The notes under the pieces are model-generated. The model did not search any database, was not told the origin of the DNA, and worked only from the letters and a program-made list of their open reading frames with translations. From Marsupella aquatica (Eukaryota; Plantae; Marchantiophyta), in NCBI GenBank assembly GCA_973895155.1, contig OZ316897.1:13515375-13579374 (forward strand): a DNA stretch of 64,000 nucleotides, read 5' to 3'. Position numbers and translations under genes: made by a program. Positions 48,546 to 60,251 of this stretch are shown piece by piece; within the stretch, counting starts at the first letter, position 1, and every line of letters begins with the position of its first letter.

Positions 48546-51307
48546 TATGTCACTATTGGGGTGGAGAGAGTCTATTTAGTGTTCTTTTCAATTTCCTTGG
48601 GCAAGTCAAACAAAAACTTTTAAGGGTTGGAGGCGCTGTGTCCCTGCCCAATCGAAGCGACTAGACGTACAGTAGGGCTGGATGCCAGAATAATGCCAGA
48701 ATTATTCTTTCCGTGCGGTGGTTACTTTGGTTCCATGGTGCCGAGTGCACTGTACTACTGTACCGTAGATACTACGTAGTAGTAAAGTAACAATATTTTT
48801 GTGCGCTCTCCGACAAAAGCATCCATTCATTTCTTTCGTTTCACCCGTGGGATTGAGAAAAAGAACAGAGGTTCAAAAAGAGGCCAAATAAAGCAAAATG
48901 GAGTAAAAATAAAAGATGTGCACACATGACAAACACAAACCTCAAAAGCAGAGTACCAATGGAAATCCCCAAAAGATGGAAACAAAAAAATTAATTAATA
49001 TCTAACTCTGCAATCGTGTGATGATAACTAAGTTTGTCCCATTTGGTATTGTAACTAAGTATGCAAATCTATATATTTCAAACTGTCAAAAACAAAGGAC
49101 GCCCAACCCAACTGGGAAACATGATCCCTCAGACAAAAAATCCAATCAAGGAGGACAACCAAAGTATGCAAATGGGACATGTATGTTTCTCTAACAGGGC
49201 AAGTCGTCATTGAGGTGCACAGTACATGTGACTGGAGCCCACTACAACATGACCAAAGTTTAATGAAGGAAGTGGACATGGATGTTTGATGGGGGCAAGT
49301 CATTGTTGAGGTGCACTACTACCCACATCTTTGGGGCTTGAGCCCCCTACAGTATCATCAAAATTAAATGAAGGAATTGCACTACTACCCACTGCTAGAT
49401 ATCTACAATCTCGCCTCCTACTTGAGCACCCTCTAATGGCAACCAAATTTGTTGACAAAGGTGAGTAATGAGAACAAGTAATGAGGGTCTTATGAAATAA
49501 ACCCATTCATAAACATATATATATATATATACCACACTGCCTAAGGGCAAAAAATGCTGAACCCATTCATAAACATATATATACCACACGGTCCCAAAGG
49601 AAAGCAACCCAATGAATGAAGGGAAGGAAAAGGGCCCAAGAAAAACAAGCCAAGGGGTCCCCAACCAAAAGCTAACAAAGGAACAAAGAACACCCTTTTG
49701 AAAGAGCACGTTTAGGCCAATAGGTGCTTCTCGAGTTGAACGAGCCCTTTCAGCCAATAGGTGCCTGTCCAATTGAAAGAGCTCTAATATTGGAATAGGT
49801 GCTTCTCCAATTGAACGAGCCCCTTTTACGCGAATAGGTGTCTGTCACTCTGTCCAATCCAAAGAGCCCTTTTACGAGATAATAGGTCCCTATTATGGGA
49901 ATAGGTGTCGTGGACGCTCTGTATGGGCATCGGTGTCGTGGGCGCCCTATTCTGGAACTAGGTGACACTTTTGAGTGTTGTCGAGTTTGCTACAGACGCC
50001 AAGTCACCCCGGCCAATGACAACTGGCGGCGCAGCAACGGAACTGAATGAAATGTCTGTTCGCATGTAGACGAGAGACGACGCCAGCCGTTTCTCTGTGT
50101 CTCCGGTATTGCAACATCGAGTCATCCAGCTTCGAGTCGACAGTTTCGGCCTTTCGGGATCTTCTTGCTCTGTTCCTGCGCGCGGTCTGTACTCTCATTG
50201 TCGTGTAGGGAACGATTTCAGCTCACTGTTGTTCAGTTGGGTCATCAGCAGAGATTTGCCACAATCGTGACTGAGTCGGGTCATTAGCAGAGATTTGGCA
50301 CAATCGTGACTGAGTCGGGTCAGAGGCAGAGCTTGATGCCACAAGTCGTGACGGAGACTGTCTTAGGCTAAGGAAGCCGCAACCGCGTCGGTTCCCCTTC
50401 ATGAAGCACAATTCTGCTTTGGTCCATTGGAGAGGTTTCCGTTGGTTGCTCGGGTGAGGTACGCGATTGATTTGTCCAGACGTCAGTGAGAAAGTGGAGT
50501 TCGCACTTCTCTACACAACAAGGATTGTGCCTGTCACTTCAGTGACAGGCGATTTACATGGTATGGTATTCCGATGAGAAGGTGGGTCCGCACTTGTCTG
50601 AAACAAAAGGATTTAGAAGGTATGATGAGGTATTCAGACTGGAAATATGAATCTGACATGGACGTCAAACAAACAATTTAACACCTGGTAGTGGGGATGG
50701 ATGGGGGTCCACAGCACAGGCGAAGGCGGGGCATCGTTAGAGTGCACGGTTACAAAGACAAGGTCTCCAGAAAATCACTACACGAAATGTCTAGGAATCG
50801 AAGAACATAACCTTAACAGCAAAAACGGTTCAACGAAAGAGAATTTCGAAACCAACGATCGCTGTCTACTATCAAAAACGATCATATGTTGCAAAGCTTT
50901 CCTTCAGGAAGAGTCCACTATTCGGAAGGGTACAACCGCAAATACAACCGAGACTAGCGGCACAATTTCTTTCGTCCAGAAGTAAAGCCCATCACTGAGG
51001 TCCCATGAGAGGGGACGAGGAAAGAACGAATGTATTTATCCTAAAGCTTACTTATTGTATTGCCAGACAGTCAATTACTGTACAATGTAGAAACACACCT
51101 CGCGCGAGGGGAAGAATCATAAAAAATGTGGATGGTTTGACCAATTACCTACTATGCTCCCGAAATTTTTTAAGGACCAACTCTGCATCTAAGAAACCCT
51201 CTAACATTTCCAATTGGTGCTAATCTAAGAAGTAGATGTTCAATGTCCATATCTATAATTATGTCAAAAATGTCGGAGCAAACTGATTCCAAACTGATTC
51301 ATCGTTA

Positions 51308-52240
51308 TCACATCTGAAGTCCTTGTAGAAGAGACCTCAGTTGCTCGAGCGTCACAAAGAGCACCACTGAAAATGGACCCTGCCTCGTCACAGTAGGAAT
51401 GAATCCTTTGTAGAGAGCCATGGGCCCTTCCTTAGAGATGGTCTTCAGTGCGCAATCCAAAGCACCTGAATATGGCGGCTTCTGTCCAGGCTGGACCTCC
51501 ATGTTCATTATACGAGTTTTAATCACGTCAATAGGATTCGAAGCAACGGATGTCACAAATCCAGAAACTACGCTAGCTGTAATGTGAGTGGCAAGACCAT
51601 CCGGCATAATCTGTTTTTTTACGATGGAGTCCTTCACTTGATCGTATGTAGCAAGCTGAGAGGCTGTCACAACCATCGCCCTCTGCACTGTGGGACCTGA
51701 TCCAGTCCATAGAGACGCCACGCCTTCCTGCCTGATTATCCTTACCAACGCATCTCCAACACCCGCATAATTTCTTCGCTGGTACACCGGAAGACGGCCA
51801 TCCGCTTGCATTCTAACCAGAGCCACATCAGCAGGATTGCCGACGGCTGCGCCAACACCTCCTGCCATTAGACCCGCCGCAATTTTCTTGTGCAACGGAA
51901 GAGTCTTATCGCCAGAGGAATCCGTCCACTGACATTTGATAACTTCATAAAGACCGAGTCGAGTGGACGAGTAGAGCACTTGACGCAAGATGGAGGCCGT
52001 TACTCCCGAATACAGCGCCCTAACTCCTTCAGTTTGAACAACCTGGCGTCCCACGGTCAGAGCGTTCCCCGCCTGACGAGAATGTAAGTTGGAGGGTGAG
52101 ACTCCGGCCAGAAGGTACGAGGCCGGGGCGGCGATCTCACCTTGAAGCTGCATTCGGACCTTGATCAGGTCCAATGGATGCGTAACTGATCCAGCCACAA
52201 TGGAGGCCAAACCACCTTCAACGAACCCTTTCCAACCCAT
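51308..52240 (-). CDS. DIC: Mitochondrial dicarboxylate carrier (DIC / 'uncoupling protein 4/5' type, SLC25), 310 aa, intronless CDS
   Basis: Starts MGWKGFVEGGLASIVAGSVTHPLDLIKVRMQLQGE. Has three carrier signatures (PLDLIKVR, PADVALVR, PIDVIKTR), ADGRLP..QRRNY, SQLATYDQ and ALYKGFIPTVTRQGPFSVVLFVTLEQ. True ATG is at 52240; the ORF-track extension to 52291 is intron sequence. Confidence 0.95.
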   Translation of the reverse strand: MGWKGFVEGGLASIVAGSVTHPLDLIKVRMQLQGEIAAPASYLLAGVSPSNLHSRQAGNALTVGRQVVQTEGVRALYSGVTASILRQVLYSSTRLGLYEVIKCQWTDSSGDKTLPLHKKIAAGLMAGGVGAAVGNPADVALVRMQADGRLPVYQRRNYAGVGDALVRIIRQEGVASLWTGSGPTVQRAMVVTASQLATYDQVKDSIVKKQIMPDGLATHITASVVSGFVTSVASNPIDVIKTRIMNMEVQPGQKPPYSGALDCALKTISKEGPMALYKGFIPTVTRQGPFSVVLFVTLEQLRSLLQGLQM

Positions 52241-52247
52241 TTTGGAT

Positions 52248-52674
52248 CTGTAGTGGGAGAGGGCAAGAAACTCGAAAGAAAGAAACAACACGAGGAAAAC
52301 GGAGAAAAGCCGACGCTCTCACCAGAGCGAATGTTTTCTCCGCTCGAGTTGCAAAGAGAACAATTTTAAGAAATCGATAGCACCGATTGTTGAAGCTGTA
52401 GACGCTACGTTCGTTGCCGACAGCAAGTCGGAAACGTCGTTCGTCAACTCCACCTCGGGCTCATGAAAACAATAATCACATGCAGTCTTGATAGACAGCA
52501 ACTCGCAATTCTTCGCGGACACACCCATAGCAGAGTAGAACACCAAAGCCACAGATAGATGGCACAATAGGTCACGCTGATTGCTATTTGAAGGGGACAC
52601 AAACTCGCTCAACGCGTAAGATCCGAGGTCTGTCCGCCGCAAGGAAATTTCAAATCTGCCTCAATCAGACATAC
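52248..52674 (-). other. Predicted 427-nt intron in the DIC 5' leader
   Basis: Minus-strand donor GTG|GTATGT at 52674; pyrimidine-rich acceptor ...CCCTCTCCCACTACAG|ATCCAAAATG ending at 52248. Confidence 0.6.
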
Positions 52675-52702
52675 CACCCCACTAGTACCGCAGTGGCTCT
52701 CC

Positions 52703-52900
52703 TCAACAAGAATCACATGAAAAGTTACAACCAGACGGAACACATGCTCTGGGCCAGAAATACACATGTGAAATTCCTCCCAGGAACGAGAGAACACCAG
52801 GCCCACCGCAATACGACAACGCGCTGCCGGTGGTGCTGGCTGTTGCCGCCGAACCGGGGCAGCAAATCAAGACGCGCTGCTCCAGCCGTTGTCCAGACAT
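52703..52900 (-). CDS. Candidate peptide-encoding upstream ORF (65 aa) in the DIC leader exon
   Basis: ATG-initiated MSGQRLEQRVLICCPGSAATASTTGSALSYCGGPGVLSFLGGISHVYFWPRACVPSGCNFSCDSC*. It lies wholly upstream of the predicted donor; its stop would be 35 nt before the DIC ATG after splicing. Confidence 0.5.
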   Translation of the reverse strand: MSGQRLEQRVLICCPGSAATASTTGSALSYCGGPGVLSFLGGISHVYFWPRACVPSGCNFSCDSC

Positions 52901-55900
52901 GAACTGCGGCCGAGCAAGCTAGGTGGTGGTCAGGAGAGCGCGACCGCCTGCCCGAAAGCGAAATAGGGCATGCGGCCGACTCCAGCAAGACTCTACTACC
53001 GGAGCTCCTCCGAGAGAGCAAGAAAGAAACCCCAGAATCCAGATCCCAGTCTCGCTGTACACGTGATACTACAACAGTAATCAAAGAATTTCCCTGCTCG
53101 TCCTGCAAGCGTGGCGCTCGCTCCCACTCAAGCAACGCTTCCTGGAAAATTGAAAAACCAATAAAATACCGCGAACCGCCGCGTCGAATCACTCTTCGGT
53201 TCTTTGTTTCGGTACCAATTTTAATCATATCATATCAAGTAAACGAACTCAAGGAAAGGCATTCACGAACAGTTCCACCCTGGGTCGACCTGCTGTTCTG
53301 CTGGCCCCAAGCTTGTATCTACAGTCTACTTCCTCCATCACCGACCGAGCTGGTGGTGCTGCTCTCGCCCTCCGTAGAACGCGGCTCGCCTCTGCTCGAC
53401 TCGTTCGCCATGACTGTGGGACCAGGGAGCACATCAAACGAAAGAGCTACTACAGGTACATCAGGCTTTTTTTTAGTGGCGAAAATTCGCCAAATTACAC
53501 ATCCCCCAAAATCTTTCGCCACTTTTGGCGAAACTTTTTATTTTTCTTTCTCATTAGCGATTGTCCCCAGGCCCCATAATTCAGAATCTAAGGGTCATCC
53601 TTAACTCTAGGGAGATATGACAATCAGGAGAATAATCAAATAATGAATATTTTGAGCATCTTCTCCTTCACACATTGGACATTCGCCACTCTGGCCAAGA
53701 AGTGAAAACCTTAAAAAATAGGTTGCCCCTGGGTCATCACCTGAAGGTAGAGTCAGGAGGGCAGGTAACTGTAGAGAGAAGGCTCTTCCACAGTTCCACC
53801 TAGGGTTTCAAGTGACACCCGATGGGCCATTACCCCATGGCAGGCTTCGGGGCCTGAGCTCACCTGTTTGCGGTTTCCATACCTCAGGTGTTGGGGGGAG
53901 CAATACCCCGCGGATCCAAACTTAAGGCCCAAGTCACATGTGAAGGGTCTTTCACAAATGGCCCTCACTGTGGGTAGTGTGAGGATGTGAATGATCAAGG
54001 GAGACTTTTCTGGCAGCATCCCCTCCTGCGCCAGGCGACGGTGCAGAGTTTGGGGTCCCAAGGGCAAGGGCAGGAAAGTGTCAAGTCCAAACCTTTGCAG
54101 GTCCCGACCTCAAACTCTGCAATAAAACAAAAGCTATGGGAAACATGTAGTGAAAAGAAGTTGCAAGGAGAAGATAGTGTTGGACAAAGAGATCTGCTTT
54201 CATCCAAACATTGAGGGACATTTTGCGAGCACTAAGGGTGGCTTTTTCAGGGCCGCCACATGTGCGTTGAGTCTAAATAGGGCAATTGACAATTACATTT
54301 CTTGTGTAGATACTGTACGAAATAAAGGTTACAGGTCCTTGTTAGTTCCATAATCAAATGTCCGTAAACTCATGATTTTTATCTTTTTTTCCGTGCCACA
54401 TTTATGTACTATGATGACAGTCTGGGCTAGGGTTACTAGGCTGCCACCCTGCTCCCAGAATGCATAGAAAAGCTTCATGGCCTGGCTACCACCTGTCACA
54501 TTTTCTTCACTTTCTGGTCACGGATTACAGCCTAGTAACCCTGTGCCAGACCGTCATTATCCGATATGTTTAGTGACGCCCCGAGTCGGGCAGTGTTGCC
54601 ATGGGGACAAGATTTGCCCCTTTCATATTCAATCCAACCTCTACTATGGAAAGTGCACTTGACACAATTGCAGATGGCACTTTAGGGTGTGTGAAAGGCT
54701 GGACAGGTGGGGAAACTAGTCAAACCCTTCATGAACCAAGTAACAAGGGCACCTCGCCAGCTCACTAAACTCCCTATTTATCTTGTGAAAATAGTTTGTA
54801 AAGGAAAAAGTGCTCCCATAACCCTTTCACTAATATTTAGTCCACAAAAGCTTGAATAATCCCTACATGGCGCCCTGCATCACACCCCGGCATCACACAA
54901 ATCAAAAGATTATGGGCATAGACTTGTAGTGACTTTCTGCCTCATGACTTTGGGATCTTTGACACTCTATGTGTGTCATGGGAATTCGGATGGACATCAC
55001 TGAATTTCTCCTTGAAATAATGGGTATTCAAAAGTACCGCGTGACTTTACTCTTGAATTGCTTCTGCCCAGACTTTTCTCTTTTCTATTTTTCTGTAGTT
55101 AATGAGAATGGATGCCCTTTATACGCTGTGCAACGTATTTTCAGAATTGTCCTCCTCTTGTCTCTTGGTTAAAAACTAAAATTGTGCCTTCAAGTGTAAA
55201 AATAGGATAAAAAAACCAAATATAGCAGGTTCAAGGTCTTCACACTTGGAGTCAAGTCTAAATTGTAATATTTCTCAACGTTTGGAAAGGTTGTGATACT
55301 AACAAGTACATATATAAAATTGCAAAAGAACAATGCACCAACCCTAGACAGGAACCCAAAGGCAAGAGACCCAATAAGCTGGAGACAACAATGCAAGAGA
55401 GAAAAAAAACTCTAAACCCAGAGACAAGGATCCAAAGGCAAGAGACCCAATATGGAGAAGACAGCAATGCAAAAGAACAATTGCAAAATCCAAAACCCCG
55501 TAGGCAAGAGACCCAATAGACAGGAGACAACAAGAGTAAAACCCCTAAACCCTACTTAAGTAGTCCCAACAATTCCTTTAGCGAATATTCCCATAGGAGG
55601 GCATCCAAAGGTGTACTTATAACGTGTCAATCCTCTGAACGGGTGTAAGCTCCGGCTCGATTTACGGTCTTAGGTGGAAACTGACAGGAAGAAATGGATG
55701 GGCTGAAAATCACGGAAACCCAAAAACCTTCCCCGCTTTGGTCCACTACTCTACTCTGTGACTCTGTCACGGACCTCACCTGAAGGGAATTGCGGCATGG
55801 GCCACGTAAAGCACGGAAACCACAGCCCTTCCCCATCAAATTTCGTGCGTCCCATACGTCATTTGACGAGAAACCATTGGAGAGTTTAAAACCTTTTCTG

Positions 55901-56642
55901 GTATTGACATTCCCTATTCCCTAAACTAATCCCTAGATGGATCGCAACGTGAAACTATGCAAGTGCGAATGTGGGATGGACCTAGAAGCATTAAAGACAC
56001 ATGGTACTAATAAATAGTAAACATAAGCTATTTTCAAGGGCTAGGGTCCAGAGTGAAGACTCTAACTCCAAATATGGACAAAACTGGACTCTAAATAAAG
56101 AGAGACCGAGGGTGAAAAACAGGGGAATGAGGCAAATATAAACGGAAAGGCTTAGAATTTATTTTGTTGTAAGATTTATTTTGTCGTCCTCTTTATTAAC
56201 GAGGGAAGGGTAACCAAGCCTGGTTTGAAACAAAACCTATTTATAAAGGGGGTACGTACCATTCGAGTTCGAAGAGAAATTTAGTGGTGTATCCAAGTTC
56301 AGGTTGTTTGTCACACAGTGAGATATGGTCAGGGGAGATTTTTCATATTTCCTGGAATTCACATGCCCTATTATTATCCAGAAATGAATCCCTCGATGTA
56401 TTACAATGAGAAACAGTGCAAACTGGGGCGGAACTAGCAGCCTTAGAGACACATTTTTGAGACAAAAAACTATTCATAAAGGGGTAGATACTAGTTCAAA
56501 GGGACATTTAGAGACTGTACATTCAGGTTTTGGTGGTCTCTCGAAGTTATGTTGATTGTCAAAAGTAGTGGTCCATACTTACTTTTTTCTATCCTCCAGC
56601 GTACGTTAATTATTGAGTGAGTGACTGATGGAGTAGTCTGTA

Positions 56643-56875
56643 GTAACTCTCTCAATTCTAAGATACTGAATGTCAAAGTTATCTAAAAAAACTCATAACT
56701 CTCTCAATTCTAAGATACTGAATGTCAAAGTCAGCTAAAAAAGGACAGTGAGTGAGTGATTGACTGATTGTCAAAGTTAGCTAAAAAAAACTCATAACTC
56801 TCTCAATTCTAAGATACTGAATGTCAAAGTTAGCTAAAAAGGACAGTGAGTGATTGAGTGACTGATTAAGTAGTC
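56643..56875. repeat. Irregular tandem repeat, 3+ copies
   Basis: TAACTCTCTCAATTCTAAGATACTGAATGTCAAAGT at ~56644, 56696 and 56795, interleaved with GGACAGTGAGTGA units. Confidence 0.85.
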
Positions 56876-57340
56876 TGTAGTGACTCATAACTGTCTCAGT
56901 TCTTTGTGAAAACAAGTAACATGAAACTGGTTTGAAAGATATTTCCAAGCCATTTCTAATCAGCCCAAGAGGAGCTAGTTATGTCAGATATCAAAGGAGA
57001 TATTGAAGATCAAACTTTGTTGTTCAGAAGGGTGTCACAAGTGAAGGGTCCAGGGCATTGCGGTTTTGTGGGTTTGCACGGTTCACTGCCAAGTCAGTGT
57101 CCACACCAGAATGCTCAGTATATTCTTAATTTAACACATGACAACATTCTTTCTAGGTTTGATGACCCCAAAATATTGGGTTAGTAGGGCCCAAAAGTTT
57201 AATAGTTATGTATTCTTTGCGCAAACCTAAGCTAATTCTCCGGGAATTCCGAGAAGAATTCAACTCTCCCCAGGCGCTTTTTCCACAATTTATGTCAAGC
57301 GCTGTGGCGCCATTGTCAATTGAGCAATGCTGGGTCGATG

Positions 57341-57585
57341 CTTAGGTCCTGCCTTAGTGTGTGCACTGGTCCAGACTCGCTTGGGAAATGACAACCCTGT
57401 AATGAGGCCCTCCTGATCCCATTTCCTTCCAATGCCATCTCTCAACATGCCTTCAGTTAAGCTACCTTAGGTCCTGCCTTAGTGTGTGCCCTGGTCCAGA
57501 CTCGCTTAAGAAATGACAACCCTGTAATGAGGCCCTCCTGATCCCATTTCCTTCCAATGCCGTCTATCAACATGCCTTCAGTAAG
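57341..57585. repeat. 125-bp tandem duplication
   Basis: CTTAGGTCCTGCCTTAGTGTGTGC...CAACATGCCTTCAGT at 57341 and 57466, only a few mismatches. Confidence 0.9.
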
Positions 57586-59719
57586 CTACCAAGCTCTGAT
57601 GCAAAACTCTTGGCTGCACTCACCTTTGGGTGCTTTGAACTTTTCGGTCTGCTGCGTGCCAGTCCCATTGTGTGCTCGTACGTCACTGATGTGCTTGTTA
57701 AGTATCTGCGAAGATCTATTGCATCTTGTGTTGTCATTACGTTGCTGTACAGCAATGGCAGCTGTTCGATGTGACACTAGTAGAATTGGATCGCGGTGCA
57801 ATGAACCTTTGGTTTCCGCGCCCTACACCCAGAAACGGCATTTACGAAAAATTGAAAATGAGTCCAGGTTACAGTTTAGTCCAGAGCAATAGCACGTGTT
57901 CGACATCAAACTAGTAGAGTTGGGTCGCCCTGCAATGAACCTTAGGATACACGACTCCACATCCAGACCAGAATTCCCCAAACTGGTATTGCATCGCCCT
58001 TAGGTTCCACGACTCTACATCCAAACCAGAAACAGAATCGCGTATCGATTGGGCGTTAGTTAGTCCACGTTAGCAAGTAGTCTAGTCCAAACTGACATTG
58101 GTTTTGACCAGTCCACGTTAGCAAGTAGTCTGGTCCAAACTGACAGGTTTTGACCATCTAAACTTTTTTTACTTCTGCAAAAGGAACTTGCAATGAAATG
58201 CATGCATTGAAGCTTGGTGGACCCTAAACGAATCTATAAATATTACGTTGACCTAATTCAGAAACAGAGTGGACCAGACCAGACCGTCCACACTAGACTA
58301 ATTCATAAATATTACGTTGACCTACTGTAGGTCAGAAATTTTGTGTCCATTGTCCACACTGAACTTCAGTATAAAACTCATGTCAATCTAGTTCAGAAGT
58401 CGTGGGGACTTGACTCTCCATATATTAAGCTAATGACAAATCTCATGACCTACCAGACTAAATTGTGTCGAGACCTAGCAATTCGATGTGCAGAAACATT
58501 ACGGACAAGTCCTAACGTTGGATCCTAGTATTAAGTAATCTGTAAGTCTCACGTTGACATAGTCCACAATTTGCGTGGACCAACTAGACTAGGCATGTGA
58601 AGACCTAATGTTTTCCGTGTTCAGAATCCCTATGGTTCAGACTTGACTCAACGTTACCGTACGAAAGATATCAAGATACTGAAGATATAGCAATCTGCCG
58701 CATGAAAGATTAGAAGATCCTGAAGATATGACAGTTTCGGCTACATGTTGATAACAAAACTTAGTAATGGCAGTTTCGTCCATGACCAAGTTTGACCAGA
58801 GAACTTCAGTGGCAGCTTAAGCCACAACCAGTTTGAGCCAGAGAACTGAAGGCCACGGAATCAAAAGCTCCCACCGCTGCAGAGTGATGTCCCAGTGACT
58901 TCACGTGGGAAACAACCTTTAAAATGTAAAGACTAAAAATGAGATGAGTCTTCATTTCAAATTTGAATGGTTTCAACCTCAAAGGATGATAATAAAAAAT
59001 ATTGGGAAAGAAGTTGAGAAAGTAATGTACAATTGAAACGAGTAACTCCCGAAACCAGGAGTGAAAGATGTATAGAAGCATTCAACAAAGCTATGTAAAA
59101 CTCTTACTACCTACACGGCGAATCAAAGGTTCTGGCATGGGCCAACAGATTCTTCCATCTAGGTTTTGTCAATGCACTCCTCATCAGACTCGGAGTAGTC
59201 TCGAGTTTTCCGACTGGTCTCCTCAACTGAAATTGATTTTATTTTGGCGAAGCAGTCTTACAGTTTGACGAAGCAAGGAACCCACGACAATTATGAGAAT
59301 CGATGGTTCAGAGGCCAACCACTGCAGGACCCGGTCGTCCACCCTTGAAGCTTTCTTGGTGGAACTGAGAGCATTTGCTGAAGACTCTCCAGCAATCCTG
59401 CAAATACCTTTCGATGCATGCCTCAATGTGGTCCACCTTGATTCGTCTCGTGAACCCCCTGGACCACTCCACCTCGCAGAACAAATGGCCTCGTTGGAAC
59501 GTTCCGAATAGAAGGCTTAAATCCACTCACAGTATCATCAAATCCATTGGAACCTGCACCATTTAGCACACTATCTGACACCTTCGTCACTGCTGCATGG
59601 AGAAGATAGGGCCTTGCTGCCTTCACAGTATGTGGAGATTCCCCAAACAACGCTGACTACCTTCTCCTTTAATGAATGAATGAATTTTATTGTCCGTAGT
59701 CCCAAGCGACATGGGACAG

Positions 59720-60101
59720 AAAGTTACAATGTGGCACTATGCGAGAAAAAGTCTATTGTACAGTGTACGAATGTGAAAACTCTAATCTGATGACCTATTG
59801 TGGGCATCGGCCGAGTCAAAGCTTGAGAAAAAAGGCCAAACTTCTAAAGTGGAACACATATGTCAAGGAGTCGAGATTCACCACCTGGTATCCCATCTCC
59901 ATTATCCAAAGTCCCAGCTCTAAATAAACCACCTTTTGCTGCGTTATGCCGAACCAGTGGGATCTCACCACTGTTCAATTCGTCCTCAGAGTGCTTTGAA
60001 ATCCCTGTTCCAATGAGACACGGTGAGTCATGGAAGATTGCATTCCTGCATCAATACTCATTCCAGTAGAAGACTCCACCATGTCCTTACTCGAATGCAG
60101 G
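59720..60101 (-). pseudogene. Diverged tandem copy of the NIPA gene 3' end (last ~75 codons + 3' UTR)
   Basis: 59720-60101 aligns colinearly with 60103-60488. Shared blocks include AAAGTTACAATG, CTGATGACCTA, TATCCCATCTCCATTATCCA, GTCCCAGCTCTAAATAAACCACCTTT and TCCACCATGTCCTTA. Roughly 75-80% identity by eye, with indels. Confidence 0.85.
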
Positions 60102-60251
60102 CAAAGTTACAATGCGGAAGTAAGCGAGAATTAGCCTATTGTACAGTTTCAGAATGTGTAAACTCTTTATCTGATGACCTAATGTGGACATTGACCAAGG
60201 GAATCTCAAGCTGGAGGAAACAGGCCAAAATCCTGAAGTGTAACACATGGG

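Noticed and set aside
50210-50255. Minus-strand hammerhead ribozyme core (CTGATGA...GAAA)
   Set aside because: The bases next to the core do not close stem II, and no convincing stems I/III are present. The CTGATGA hits at ~59787 and 60171 likewise lack a GAAA partner.
52241-52291. N-terminal extension MLFLSFEFLALSHYRSK on DIC
   Set aside because: It uses a non-ATG start and is mostly the intron polypyrimidine tract and acceptor. Homologues start at MGxKGFVEGG.
52725-53228. 167-aa ORF upstream of DIC
   Set aside because: No recognisable motif, and it overlaps the better uORF candidate in another frame. It cannot be supported as a gene without transcript data.
59270-59650. HLFCEVEWSR resembling a LINE zf-RVT motif
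   Set aside because: The preceding CxxC and any RT sequence are missing; the similarity is too short.
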